Assembly (NCBI GenBank): GCA_002104895.1
Contig: MCFG01000105.1
Span: forward strand, 62,001-126,000
Reading direction: 5' to 3'
DNA from: Anaeromyces robustus
Lineage: Eukaryota
Length of the DNA: 64,000 bases
In this document: positions 40,615 to 54,936 of the stretch, one piece after another
Layout: each line of letters starts with the position of its first letter
How positions within the stretch are numbered: position 1 is the stretch's first letter
Notes under the pieces: generated by a model
Seen by the model: only the letters and a program-made list of their open reading frames with translations
What the model was told of the DNA's origin: nothing
Database searches by the model: none
Program-made: the position numbers and the translations under genes

Positions 40615-42417
40615 TTTTTGTAGTTTTATCAAATGATATAAAATTTATTATATATAACTTAGCATTATATTATGTAGTCTATTGTATTTAATCTATTAAA
40701 CGATAATCTATATAAAAGTTTTAAATATAAAATAAAAAAAAAAATATTGAACATATCGAAAACTACTAAAACAATATTGTTTATCCTAAATTTTATTATT
40801 ATTTGTTTTTTCAAAAATAAAGTTTATTAAAATAATATTATTTTATACTTAATTTAAAGAAGGTTAATTTTAATTTTTTTTTTTTAAATAATAAAAAAAT
40901 AATATATATTTTTTTCTTAAATAAAAAAAAAAAGTTAATTATTAATTTATTAATAATATTGAAAAAAAAATTTTTTTTATCATATTTAATAATATTCAAA
41001 ATAATATGGAATTCTAAAATATAATTTTTTAATGTTTGTTTTATTATAATTCTTTATTTATTTAAGAGGAGTAATAAATTATAAAAATTATTAAATATAC
41101 AAGTTTAAATAGAAGCATATGATTTTTTCATCTTATTTTATTAAACATTCTGATTATTTGGAAAAGTATCAGAATTTTTAACAAAATAAAGAATTATTAT
41201 AATTAATAAGTTATAATATATTATTTTTAGTTATTAAGAGTTATAAGATATAATCAAAAAATTAAGTAGATATAATTTGACTATTATACAAAAAAAATGT
41301 TAAATCTAAATTAAAAATAATGATTAAAATAAGAGGAATTGTTAATTTTAATTATATTTTATTATAAAAAGTCCTTTAGAACAATTAATGTTTTTCTAAT
41401 TCTTCTCTTAAATAAAACTAATATAATGTATATATAGTTTTTTTTTTTTGTTTTTATATATTTATATATATAAATTACTGTACAACATTAAAGGTTTTTT
41501 TTTTCTCAGTGAAGGCAAAACTAGAAAATTTTTAAATTATTAATTACTTCTAATTTAACAGATAAAAAATAGATTTGTAAAATTGTAACAGGTATCTATT
41601 GGTAATAAATTTATAATTTTAATTTTAAATATAAAATAATAAGCAATAATTATTATAATTACAAATACTTGAAAAATTTCTTAATACAAAACAATTATCA
41701 CACACATATATGGATAATATTTTTAAATATTATTAAATAAATAAGTATATTTAAAGTTAAATCATAGATAAAGTTTAAGTTCTGTTCATAAATATATTAT
41801 GGAGTAATTATAAAGATAATTATTGAAAATAATAATGAACTTAAATTAATTAAATAATATATATATTATAGATTATTTTATATATATATATATTTTATCC
41901 ATATTTTAACTTGACATTTTTTTTATAATTAGTGACTTAGCAAAAAAGATAATATATATAATTATGATTAATTAATATAATTTAATAAAATAATATATTA
42001 ACAATATATTATATAATATATTAAATAATAAAAATTTCATATATTTTAAACTTTTTAATATAATATTTGAATATATATCAAAATTATATATAATTAAGAA
42101 ATATTTTTACTCCTATTTAATCTTTTATTTTTAAGAATTTTTATTACTATTACTTTTTTTTCTATAAAAATATAAACATATATTTATAATGATTTAATTA
42201 ATAAAAAATAATAAAATAATTAATAAGTAACTAATCTATTAGTTGCAATATACCAATATTAATACATAAAGAAAATAAAGTAAAATAAATAGTAAAAACA
42301 TAATAATAATAAAATAAAATCAATTCAATAATTAAAATTTCATAATTCAATTAATATTAATTGATTATCCCAAAATTAAAGGTTAAAATCTTTTATTTAT
42401 ATATTAATTCATTAAAT

Positions 42418-42612
42418 CAAATAAAAATAAAAATAAAAATAAAAATAAAAATAAAAATAAAAATAAAAATAAAAATAAAAATAAAAATAAAAATAAAAAT
42501 AAAAATAAAAATAAAAATAAAAATAAAAATAAAAATAAAAGTAAGAATAAGAATAAAAATAAAAATAAAAATAAAAATAAAATAAAAATAAAAATAAAAT
42601 TAAAAATAAAAA
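42418..42612. repeat. (AAAAAT)n array upstream of the MFS gene
   Basis: Directly visible; source of the (IK)n ORF. Confidence 0.9.
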
Positions 42613-42806
42613 TTTAAAAATTCTTTCAAATTTTAGAGAATAAAAGATAATTCTTTAAACTAATACATAATTTTTTTTTTCATCGTTTTTATATTAGTAT
42701 ATTATTAATTATTTAATATATATTTTATAGTAAAAATTACTAAATTAATAAATTAAGAAATTTCAATTAAATTAAAAAGATTAAAAATTATAATAAAAAA
42801 GAAGAT

Positions 42807-44384
42807 ATGAGTAACTTAATAAAAACCGAAGGTAAGAAAGTTTCTGATAGACAGAGAACATTAATATTTTTAGATATTAATGTTAGTTGCATTGCAACAT
42901 CTATGCTTGCAACAGCATTAACAACTGCTTTACCTCCAATTATGGAGGCATTAGATATAACTGTAAATAAAGCACAATGGTTAACAACCGGTTTCACATT
43001 ATTTTTAGCTATTATTACTCCATTTACAGGATTTTTAATTTCAAGATTTAAAACTAAAAAATTATTTTGTTTTGCCGTAGGTTCGTTTTTAATTGGTTTA
43101 ATTATTTGTGCATTTGCTACTAATTTCTGGATCATGATGCTAGGTAGAATTATTCAGGGTTGTGGAAATGGTTTAATTTCATCTATGGCCCAAGTAATCA
43201 TTATTAATATATATCCTCGTGAAAGAATTGGATCTGTAATGGGATGGTACGGTCTATCACTTAGTGTAGCCCCAATTGTTGCACCAACTATTGCTGGTAT
43301 TTTAGTCGATTCCTTTGGTTGGAGAACAATTTTTATTGCTGCAGCTATTGTTATGGGTATTGCTTTTATTTTTGCTATTTTTGTATTTGAGGATGTATTA
43401 CCAACTATGGAAAAGAAGTTTGATGTTATTTCATTTATTATTAGTGCATTTTCCTTTGGTGGTATTACCTTAGCTATAGGCAATATAGGTTCCTATAAGT
43501 TTATGAGCCCTTATGTTTTAGTTACTTTAATTATTGGAATTATTGCTAGTATTATTTTTGTTTGGAGACAATTGCATATTAAGGTACCATTCTTAGATAT
43601 TCGTGTTTTAAAATATAAGGAATATACTGTGGGAGCCATTGCTTCCTTTATTTTACAATTAATAGTTATGGGTTCAGCAATTATTATACCTATATATGTT
43701 CAACAAGTTAAAAATAAATCTGCTACAATATCCGGTTTAGTTGTTTTACCAGGTGCTCTTACTAATGCTATTATTAATCCATTAGCTGGTAAAATTTATG
43801 ATAAAGTTGGAATGAAACTCTTATTTATTGTAGGTTCAATATTTTTAACATTAAGTAGTTTTGCTATTTATTTAATTAAAATACATCACAGTATTTGGTT
43901 AGTGTCTTGTATTAACTGTTTTAGATTCTTTGCTATTGGTATTGTTATTATGCCATTTTATACTTGGGCAATGAGAGATATTCCAAAATTAAAGGCTTCA
44001 GATGCTACTGCACTATTTAATTCTATTCGTTTTATTGGTAGTGCATTAGGTACTGCTTTATTTGTTTCAATTATGACTAAAGCTACCGAAGCTGTTTCTA
44101 CAACAAAAAAAGATCCAAAAATGTATGGTATTAATATTGCCTTTTTAATCATGGCTATTTTAGCTTTTATAATGTTATTATTAGGTATATTTGGATGTAA
44201 AAGTACTCCCAAAAAAAATAACGATGATAAAGAAAGCAAGAATGAAGAAAACAATAAGAATAATAATAGTTTAAAATCTAATGAAAAAGAAGAATCAACA
44301 TCTAAAAATGAACAGTCAGAAATTGGTATTACTGTTGATAAAGAAAATTTATCCAATAAAAAAGAAACCACTATAGAAGAATAA
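42807..44384 (+). CDS. MFS transporter, DHA2 (EmrB/QacA/LmrB-like, ~14 TM), intronless
   Basis: TALPPIM...AQWLTTGFTL, GRIIQGCG, YPRERIGSVMG, APTIAGILVDSFGWRTIF, GKIYDKVG and ATALFNSIRFIGSALG; low-complexity C-tail. Confidence 0.93.
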   Translation: MSNLIKTEGKKVSDRQRTLIFLDINVSCIATSMLATALTTALPPIMEALDITVNKAQWLTTGFTLFLAIITPFTGFLISRFKTKKLFCFAVGSFLIGLIICAFATNFWIMMLGRIIQGCGNGLISSMAQVIIINIYPRERIGSVMGWYGLSLSVAPIVAPTIAGILVDSFGWRTIFIAAAIVMGIAFIFAIFVFEDVLPTMEKKFDVISFIISAFSFGGITLAIGNIGSYKFMSPYVLVTLIIGIIASIIFVWRQLHIKVPFLDIRVLKYKEYTVGAIASFILQLIVMGSAIIIPIYVQQVKNKSATISGLVVLPGALTNAIINPLAGKIYDKVGMKLLFIVGSIFLTLSSFAIYLIKIHHSIWLVSCINCFRFFAIGIVIMPFYTWAMRDIPKLKASDATALFNSIRFIGSALGTALFVSIMTKATEAVSTTKKDPKMYGINIAFLIMAILAFIMLLLGIFGCKSTPKKNNDDKESKNEENNKNNNSLKSNEKEESTSKNEQSEIGITVDKENLSNKKETTIEE

Positions 44385-44569
44385 ACAATAGAGAATAGAA
44401 AATTAATAATATATAAAAAGAGTGGAAAAAATTAATTTTTTTTCTGATCCTTTTTTATAATAATATGATAATATTTTTATCATATAAAATAAAAATAAAT
44501 GAATCAATAAATACACACAATAGTTAATAAATAAATAATTAAAAAAGATGATAGAAGGAAAAATAAAAT

Positions 44570-44735
44570 AAGATAAAATAAAATAAAATAAAATAAAATA
44601 AAATAAAATAAAATAAAATAAAATAAAATAAAATAAAATAAAATAAAATAAAATAAAATAAAATAAAATAAAATAAAATAAAATAAAAAAAAAATAAAAT
44701 AAAATGAAAAAAATAAAATAAAATAAAATAAAATA
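44570..44735. repeat. (AAAAT)n array downstream of MFS gene
   Basis: Directly visible. Confidence 0.9.
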
Positions 44736-45199
44736 AAAAAAAAAAAAATAAATTAAAATATAATATAATATAATCATAATAATATATAATATATATAATA
44801 TATTTATTATATATAATAATAATAATAATAAACAAATAAAAAGAAACAAAAACAAAAATAAAACAAAAAAATGAAGAGTATTAAATTAAGTATAATATGT
44901 ATGAAAAATCACTTTATTTATTAATTTTTGTTTTGTTTTTCCTTTTTTTAATGAAGATTTTTAATATGATTTATTTTTTTAATAATGTGAAAGATATTTT
45001 ATATTATGATAAGATGATGAAAATAATATATTTATTTGTTAAATTTAGCACAATAAGTTAATATACTTTATATAATATTTATTGTTTTTATTTAATAAAG
45101 AATGATTGATTTTAAATAATTTTTATATGTTGGTTGTTTTATATTTAATAAATTGTAATTTTTTTTTAAATAAATTATTTTAATCATAATCCTATTTAG

Positions 45200-45460
45200 A
45201 GTATCTTGTTAAACTTACAGATTTAGCTTTGACATTATAAAGTATTAACATTTCTTTGAATTTGCGATTTCCATGTTATTGGACTTTTCTCTAATAAAAA
45301 TACATATACATGTGTAGATCTTCTTATTATTTCATCATTAGAAAAATCAGCTTCAGAATAACCTACTAATTTTGTATTACCTTTATAACGAATAGATTTT
45401 TTTTTTGTTGATTTTAGATATTGTAAAATCATTAAAAATGCATTATAATCATTTGTGTAT
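45200..45460 (-). mobile_element. Degenerate Ty1/copia pol fragment (RT/RNase H junction)
   Basis: ILQYLKST...LVGYSEADFSNDEIIRRSTHVYVFLLEKSPITWKSQIQ resembles the copia GYSDAD...D..RRST.GY.F...PI.WKS..Q motif; disrupted, no LTRs seen. Confidence 0.8.
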
Positions 45461-46135
45461 GATTTTTAGTATATCATGAAACTTAATTTATTGTATATGG
45501 CTTCTTTATTCTGATTCTGTTCCCTCACAATCGATGAATTGAAAATTTTAGACAAAAAATCAATGAAAGTAGTAGAATAAAAAAAAAGTATTTAAAAATC
45601 CTGAAATATTTTAAAGAAAATAAAATATCATGAATAGTTGATTTAATATATTAAGCCTAAAACAAGATAAGAATAAGAGTATTACGAGTATAATATAAAA
45701 ATATACTTAGAATAGAATTATTTTCATTTTTTTGTTTTTATGATTATTAAATAAAAAATTTACAATCTAACATTTTTAAATGTGAAAGACCAAATTAGAA
45801 AAAAAAATAAAGAATGGATAAAATATTATATACTATGTCATTGATAATATAAATTAAAATTTTTTATTAAAACGTAAATCAAATCATGAAATAATAAAAA
45901 CATATAAAAAAAGTAAATAGATTATTTTATGTAAGATAAACGATTTAATAAAATAAATTAATACATAAATAGAAGGATATATAGAGAAAAAATTTTTCAC
46001 TATTTATGTAAAGTATCTTATATTTTCTAATATAATTACTAATTATTACTTATTATTTTGTAATGATTATTATTATTATTATTAGTATCATTATTAGTAT
46101 TATTTAATTCATATTTTTTTTTTTTAGGATTTATT

Positions 46136-49100
46136 TTAGTTCTTTGTAGTAACTTTTCTTCGATTAGTATTATTTAATGAAGTATTTGATACTTTTATTG
46201 AAGATTTCTTTTTAGCTAAATTTGTATTACTTGTAAGCTTATTAGTTACTGTTTTTTCAGTTTTATTGGAGGTTACTTTATTAGTAATAGTTTTACTAGA
46301 AATTGTTTTACTGGTTGTAGTTTTATTTGGATTTAATTTATTAACAGATGAAGATTTATCAATAGTTTTATTAGAAATAATTTTATTATTAATGGATAAA
46401 GGTTTATTATTGGTAGTTTTAGTAGAAGTAATTTTATTATTAATGGATGAAGATTTATCAATAGTTTTATTAGAAACGGTTTTATTATTATTAGATGAGG
46501 ATTTATTACTATTATTAGTAGTGGATAAATTTTTAGAAGCTTTTTGAGTATTTGCAGATAATGAAGAATTAGCATTTTTGGTATCAGAAGAAGATTTAGA
46601 TTTCGTGTTAGATGATAATGATGAATTTGAATTTTTTGTTTTAGTTTCAAAAGATACTTTTGATTTTGTACTGGAGGTAGTACTACTAGTACCAATAATT
46701 CTTTTTTTAATAATACTTTTTCCGGAAACTGAAGATACAGAAGATTTTGCAGATTCAACAGATAATGCAGATATTGTAGATGTGGCAGATGTTACAGATG
46801 ATGGTGAACCTGATCTCTCCGATTGTGTAACAGAAGAAGAAGATTTTATAAAACTACCTCTGGAAGGAACATCTATTGTACTATTAGTTGTTTCAGATTT
46901 AGTGGATACAGTAGATGGATTAGTTGATTTTAAGGTAGTAGAAGAAGAAGAAGACCATATAGAACTACTTTTAGATGGTGATAACAAATTAGATTTATTA
47001 GTATTACGCGATTCTTTTTTATCGGAATGACTAGAAGTCATTTTATGTGTTTCATGTTCATTTTTCATATTATCATCTACACTTTCAATTACTGTTATAT
47101 TAATTTCATCATCACTAAGATTATTACTTATAGTTGATTTCTTTTTATTAGTATCATTACTATTATTTAGTTTATTTGCTTTTTTATTAATAATAGTATT
47201 TGATGTGTCTAATTTATTTATTTTCTTTTTTGTTGTTACTGATGTTGCAGTCGAACTTGATTTTCCTAAATTAAATATATTTTTTAAATATTAAATATTT
47301 TTTAAATTAAATCAATATTTATTATTTTTATATTATTATTTTTAATTAATATGAATTATTTTAATAAATATTTCCTATATTATTTATTTATATATATACC
47401 ACTTTCCGTATTACTAATAATTTTTGGTTTTAAAGTTGTTTTTTCATCTCCTAGTATTTTAATATTCTTTGAGGAATAGCTTGTTTCAGATTTCAAGGTA
47501 GAAGATGTTGAACCTTTGGATAATTTTGATTTATTTGCTATATTATAATTTTTTTTTGTGGAATTTAAACCTGTTTTATGAGAAGCTTCTTTGGCTAACA
47601 TCGTTTCTACACTTCCTTTTATATTATTTTTAGATATTGGATTTTGATCAGAATATTGATTACCATTATATTTAAAATGTTCTAATAAGTCCTTTTTATT
47701 TTTTTTAATTTGTTCAGAACAAGTATAAAATAAATGACTATCTTCTTGTTCTTTCAACTGATCTTCTGAAATTAGTTTTTCAAAATCAATATCATCAATA
47801 TTGTTATAAATTTCTGTGTAATAAGTATTTTTATACCATTTTGTGTCATTGTCTGGTAAAACATATTTTTTAATTTCTCTTGATATAGATTTATTACTTG
47901 TTACAACTTCATGGGATATATTCAATTTATCATTATTTCGAATATTTTTTGAATTTGTATCAATTATACTTTTTCTATTAATATTTGTTGATTTTGGCTT
48001 AATGGAATTTCTATGAATATAGTCATGCTTTAAACTATTTCGTCTAGTAGCTGCTTTATCTTTATGTATGAAAAAATCAATAGTGAGATTATTTAGATCC
48101 TTAGGTATAGATTTAATAGTAATATATTTATTATTTATTTGTAATTCATAATAATTAAGAACATCAGAAATGATATTATTGGTATTATTTAAGTCTATAT
48201 CATCAGTATTTCTTATAATTAAAGAATTTGTAATGACATTAAATTTTTTTATTATAGAAATATCATTAAAAAGAAATAGACAATGCCTTACAGACATTAG
48301 AGAATCACATAGATAAATTCTAATATTCGGAATTGGATCTCTATATAAGTCTATAAAAGAGTATAAAAAATATTCACAAAAATATTTTGAACTAAATATT
48401 CCTATAGCATAGTGACATATAACTAAAAATAAATATCGAATATGATAGTTTTGTGATTGCTTCATTTCTTTATATTATTATTTAATAATATTAAAATAAT
48501 TTTATATTAGTTAATATTATATAATACATTATAATTGGGAAAAAGTTTAATATCAATAAAATTTCAAATTTTGTTTTATATATTTTTAATTTAATAATTT
48601 TTATCTGTTACCTTTGAAAAATGAATGAATTTTTTCTCTATGTTCAGATTTTTTTGTTTTTTTAAGATATATACATATAACTTTACAAAAAATTTCTTTA
48701 ATAGGCCTAACAACAGATATCTGTATATTAAAAATTTTATTAATTTATGATAAATATTTTATGTTAATGTTTAATTGTTTTTATATATATTTGTATTTAT
48801 CTTTGAATATTTATTAATTAGTTTATGTTTTATAAAAGAATTAAAAATAAAAGAAATTATATTTTTATGTAATTTCTTACATCAAGTAATTGGGAAAAAA
48901 TTAATGGGGTAATATGATTATTAATAATATCCATACTAAATATATTTGGGAAATATTCAAAATGATCAACAATATATTTCTGAGCTCTCCAATTTAATGG
49001 TGCGATGGTTTTACATCGATGATAAGTATTGACTATTTCTTTTGCAATATCAACAAATTTTGCTGATGAATCTTTTGAAAAATTTCCTAATATATCTGAC

Positions 49101-51660
49101 ATATTTTTGAATAAGGTTTCAATTACTTTTATATCATTATCTTTTAATAGAGATAAATATGCCGTGGATAAATTTATATATGATACTTTATTGTATAATG
49201 ATGTAAACTATTTAAATATTATTTGTCATTTAAAATAAAAAAATATTATATTAATAATTGTTTTTTAAAATTTATATGTTTATATTACATATATTTTAAA
49301 AGAAATTTTTTATGTTAAAATACTTCATGAAAACATTTTGAAACTGATATCCGTACTGCGCTACTTTTATTTTGACAATAGAAATTAATTATTTCGCATA
49401 TCTTATCATTTTCATAATTCAATTGCTCTGATATAAATGCTATACACTATTTTTTAATAAAAATATTAAAAAAAATTTTTTTCATTAATAAATTATTTAC
49501 AGAAATAACAAAAGCAATTTACTATTAATTTTATGAATGATTTTTCTTCATCTTACTGGTAAATTATAAATATAGGCTATACAGTCTTTTTCATCTTGTG
49601 ACATTGCTACAGATATATAATAATTTATAAATAATTGTAATTCTTCAGTTGTAATAAAATCTTTTATATTTATAGATGTAAATATTAATAAAATAAGTTA
49701 ATAAAATACAATGTTCTTTTTAAATTTTTGTTATAAATATATATATGAATATATATTAATATAAAATTATATAATATTATTTTATTATATATTATATTAT
49801 GTTATTAATATATTATACCTTTTAAATTCCACGCCAATAGTCCTATTTTTTCTTTTATTGATTCTGAATATTTATTTGATTGTTCACATATTATTGATTT
49901 TAATGTTGGATAGATTATATCAATATCTAATCCTGATGTATTTTAATTATTTATTATTAGTTACATAAAAAATCACATTTTTTAATATATATATTTTATG
50001 ATGTAACAAATATATTTATTTTTTATTTGGCTATTACTTTTTGCAATATCTGGAATAATATTTATGACATTTCTTAATGCTGTATTTCTTACTACATCTT
50101 CTTCATCTAATATTAATTCAATATATTCAGACATAAGTTGTTTAAGGAAACTTTCAAGTCTTTTAATATAAGTGTAATTAAATAAAGTTATATTAATAAA
50201 TAATATTTTTTATGATTGATAAAATTATTACATTTATAATTAATTTGATATTTTACTTTAAATTTTTAAAAATTTGATTTAATTGTTCACTCATATATTT
50301 TCTAATTTCATAAAGGGTATCCTGACATAAAGCTACAATTTTTGGAAAAAGTATTGTTTCTAAACTTTATATATTGATATATATAAGAATTAATAAACTA
50401 CTATTAACATTTTATATAATTCCATTTAAAATATTTTTTAGGAATAATATGTTAATATTTATTTAATGCAAAAAAGATTATCATACGTCGTTGAATTGAC
50501 ATATCCAGATAGAGTTCCCATTATTCTAGCACACATTATTCTGAATTCTGTAGGCTTAGATAAATCAATATTTGATTTCATTTCAGAAATCAACTATAAA
50601 AATGTATTAATTTATATTGAATAATTAATAATACTAAAAATATATATTATTTACTTGATTTGATATTGTTTCTTCATTTAATATTGGTATCATTTCATTT
50701 AAAATTGATATCCATAAATCTATAAAACCTATAATTTAATGAAATTTTAATTTAATATTAATTTTTTTTTTAATTTTTTTTAATTATTAATATTATATTC
50801 AAATATTATGGAAATATATAATTTTTATTTTTAAAATAGTATATTCTAGTTACCTTCATCTTTTTTAGCTGTTGACAGTATAAAATTTTTTATTAGCGGT
50901 ATAAATTGTCCTATTATATCATTATCTAATAAATTTTCTCTTATGATATTTATAAATGATTCTCCAAATATTTTTTGAATATTTGTATTTTCATCTTTTA
51001 TATCTTTCTGTAATATATACATATTAATATATTAATTACCAATATAATAACAAATATTATTAATTTTATAATTAGTTAAGCATTCATAAATTGCTCTTTA
51101 TGATGATCAAATATACCAGTATTAATGGAATAATGTTTTTTTTCATTCCATCGGCATCTTCCCTTATTAATGATACTAAAGATGAATATACATATTCTTT
51201 TTGAAGTAATACACCATTTCTTTATAGATTTAATTGACAAATAATTTAAAAAAAAAAAAATAAGTTTCCAAATATCATATAAAAGTTTTATTGATAAATT
51301 TTGATAAAACGATTTATTATATATATTTCAATACTTTAAAATATATTCAGCTCTCTCTATTGAATTTAACGTTTCATTTAATGAGTAATTTTTGATTTCT
51401 TCTTCACTCTTTTTTTTATGTATATAAAAAATGTATTAAACATTAATATAATAGTATACATATAATAATATTTAAATAATAGCAATACTTTTTATCTTTT
51501 TTTCTTTTCAATATATATATATTAATATAAAGAAGATATATACTTTTAATATACTATTTGAAAAATTTGCTTCTTTTGCATCTTTTATTTTTAATGGTGA
51601 ATTATTATTTGAAAATGAGGATAATTCTAATTCCACGTTCCAACTATTAAAATTCCACAT
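46136..51660 (-). CDS. PPP4R4: PP4 regulatory subunit 4-like HEAT-repeat protein with long Ser/Thr/Lys/Asn-rich tail, ~15 exons
   Basis: KSEEEIKNYSLNETLNSIERAEYIL, LCQDTLYEIRKYMSEQL, DEEDVVRNTA, LNWRAQ and DPIPNIRI resemble animal PPP4R4 as I recall it; ATG at 51658-51660. Confidence 0.78.
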
Positions 51661-51915
51661 TTTTTAAATTATGAATGATATATTTATAACAAAAGGTATT
51701 CTTTTGTATTTTGACAATATGAATAGAAAAGATAGATATATTGTTATAGATTTTCAATATTTCTTAAAATAATATTTTATTATTTGTATATATTATATAA
51801 TCAATAATTCATTTTTTATAATATATTATAAATCATATTAAAATAATAATAATTGTAATAATTATTGTTATTATTATTTATATCGTTATTATTACATAAA
51901 ATTAATTTAAAAGCT

Positions 51916-51964
<49 letters not shown>

Positions 51965-52389
51965 GTATTAATATTAATAATAATATTATTATTATAAAGT
52001 TTTCGTAGCAAAAGTTTTTATTTTTTTTTTTATATTGTTTTTATCGTATTATTTATTTTTTTTAATATAATATATATATTAAAGTTTTGTAATAAACAAA
52101 TACTATAAACAAATTAAAAAAAAAATAAAAAGATTTTTTAATTAAATTGGAAAAAAAGTTTATTTTTTCTTATTTTTATTATATTATATAATTCAATTTC
52201 ATATAAAAAATATAATGTAATGTATATTTTAATATTTTTATAATATTTTTTATTTTTACTAGCAAAAAATTTAAATAAAGAAATGAAAAAAGAAAAAAAA
52301 AAAAAAAAGATTTTTAGGTAAATTTGGTTACTGTTACCAAAAAAAATTATTATTATTATTTAATAATAATAATAATAATAATAATAATT

Positions 52390-52436
<47 letters not shown>

Positions 52437-52437
52437 T

Positions 52438-52504
<67 letters not shown>

Positions 52505-52634
52505 TGATAACGATAATAATTAACAATAATAATAAAAATAATAATAATTAATAATTAATAATTAATAGTCAATAATAAATAATAATTAATAATCAATAAT
52601 AAATAATAATTAATAATTAATAATAATAATAATT

Positions 52635-52743
<109 letters not shown>

Positions 52744-54936
52744 TCATATTAATTTTGTTAGCTAAATCAAGGAAAATTAAGAAAATTTTATTAAAAATAT
52801 ATAACAAAATTAAAATAGTTTTATTATTTAAATTTATTATGAAGTAATATAATAATAAATTAAATGGTATTAGTATTATTATTATTAATAAAATTATTAT
52901 AAATATTATTATTATGAAAGGATTATTTTTATAAATATATATCTCATCTTATAAAATTTAGAACATAGTAGAATAAAAAACTATAGCATTAGTTGATAAA
53001 AGATATTCAGATATTCGGTTAATATTGAAGTATATTTCATTATTAACATGGATACAATATAAATAAAGAAATTATGGGTATGGAAAACTAAAAAGTTAAT
53101 CAATACTTTGTCTTATATTTTTAAAAAATTACCACAAATTTTCATTTTATATTTGAATAAGATCAATCAAATATAAATTGACGAAAATTAGGAGGTGAAA
53201 TAATTATTAAAATTCATAAATATATTAGTAAAAATATAAATTAGATATTAATAAGAATATTAAAATCAAATGTTTTTTATTGTTAAATTACATATAAAAT
53301 TAAAATGATTTATGGACAAAAATGACAAACATGTAAACATGTATTATTTATATTATACTGTTTTTAAAATATTTTTGTATAAATTATTTAAATATATTAT
53401 ATGTAACAAAATAATATCTAAATATTTTAAATATTGCTTTAGGAATTATTAAATATTGATTACGACATTAAATTTTTATTGATTAAGATTAAATAGTATG
53501 GGGGACTCTTTTTAATAATAAAATTTGAATATGAATAGTGAATCTTCAAAATTGATATTCTATTTAATATAATTATCATAATAAAATAATAATATGTTTA
53601 TATTTATATTTTATTAAAACTGTTTTAATTTGCATTAAGTATATTAAAATGATATTAATTCTTTTTTTTTGAATTAGATATTTATATTAATTATTATTTT
53701 ATTATTTTAGATAAAATTGAAATAATATTTGAGGAATTCTAAATTTAAATACTCTAAGGGAAAAATAATTAAATATTAATATAAAATTTTCCTATATTTC
53801 TCATTACATTTTTGAATAATTTGACTAATTATTGTTATTTTAACATAAGTTATTATCATTAATTAATTAAAACAATAGGTAATATTTACTAATGTGACTA
53901 AATAACATTGTTTTTTTTTTTTTTTTTTATTTATTTTTACTTATTATATTACCATAAATTAAATTTTTATTTTATTATATTAAAATCAAATTTATTATAT
54001 ATTAAATATCATAAATATATATAAATATTATATATACATGGAAAATTTTTATAATCCATGAATAATATAAATTCCATGTATATTTATTTATATTGTTCAC
54101 TAATGTTAATTCCATGTATATTTACATTGTTAATATTGTATCATAAATATAAATTAATCTCTAATACATTATAATGTATTACAATATTTATTACTCTTAT
54201 GTAATAATTATATAATAAGCCGTAAAGAATTATTCCTAATAAATATAAAAGTTATATATATTTAATTGATAATATATATAATTATTATATATTAATTCCA
54301 TTAATTATATTAATTTAATATTTAAAAAATATTTAACATATTTTAATAATATATTGTTTAAAATAACATTAGTCAATTAGATATAATAATAATATAATTA
54401 TTAAAAAAATAGATTAACTTTCTTTTTAATTAGAAATTTTATTGGCTAAATAAATTAGTAATATTACACAATATATAATACGGAATATTAATAAATATAG
54501 ACATATATTAATAATACAATATATTTTATATATACATATTGAATATTAAAATTTTATAATATTAATTTCAATATATTAAAATTAATACTAATTTTTTAAT
54601 GTATATCATTTGTATATCATATATTCTTTTAATTTATTTCATGTTTTGAAAACTTAAAATATTATTTTTTTTAAATGATTTTAATTTTTTAATATATATA
54701 TTTTATTATTATAAAAAAATTCTATATATTAAATAGAAATTTATATAAATAAAGATAATTTCTAAGTAAAAAAAAAAAAAATTTTTAGTATATAGATTTT
54801 TTTTTAAATTGTAAAATTATTTATAAATTTATTTTTTTTTTCTGTATTATAGTTTAAAAATATATATAAAATATTTATAAATTTAATTTAAATTGTATTT
54901 TATACCTATACAACAATAAATAGATATATAAATAAA

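Noticed and set aside
42788..44371. Antisense ORFs over the MFS gene (also over PP4R4 tail, kinesin and dockerin gene)
   Set aside because: Shadow frames of real genes.
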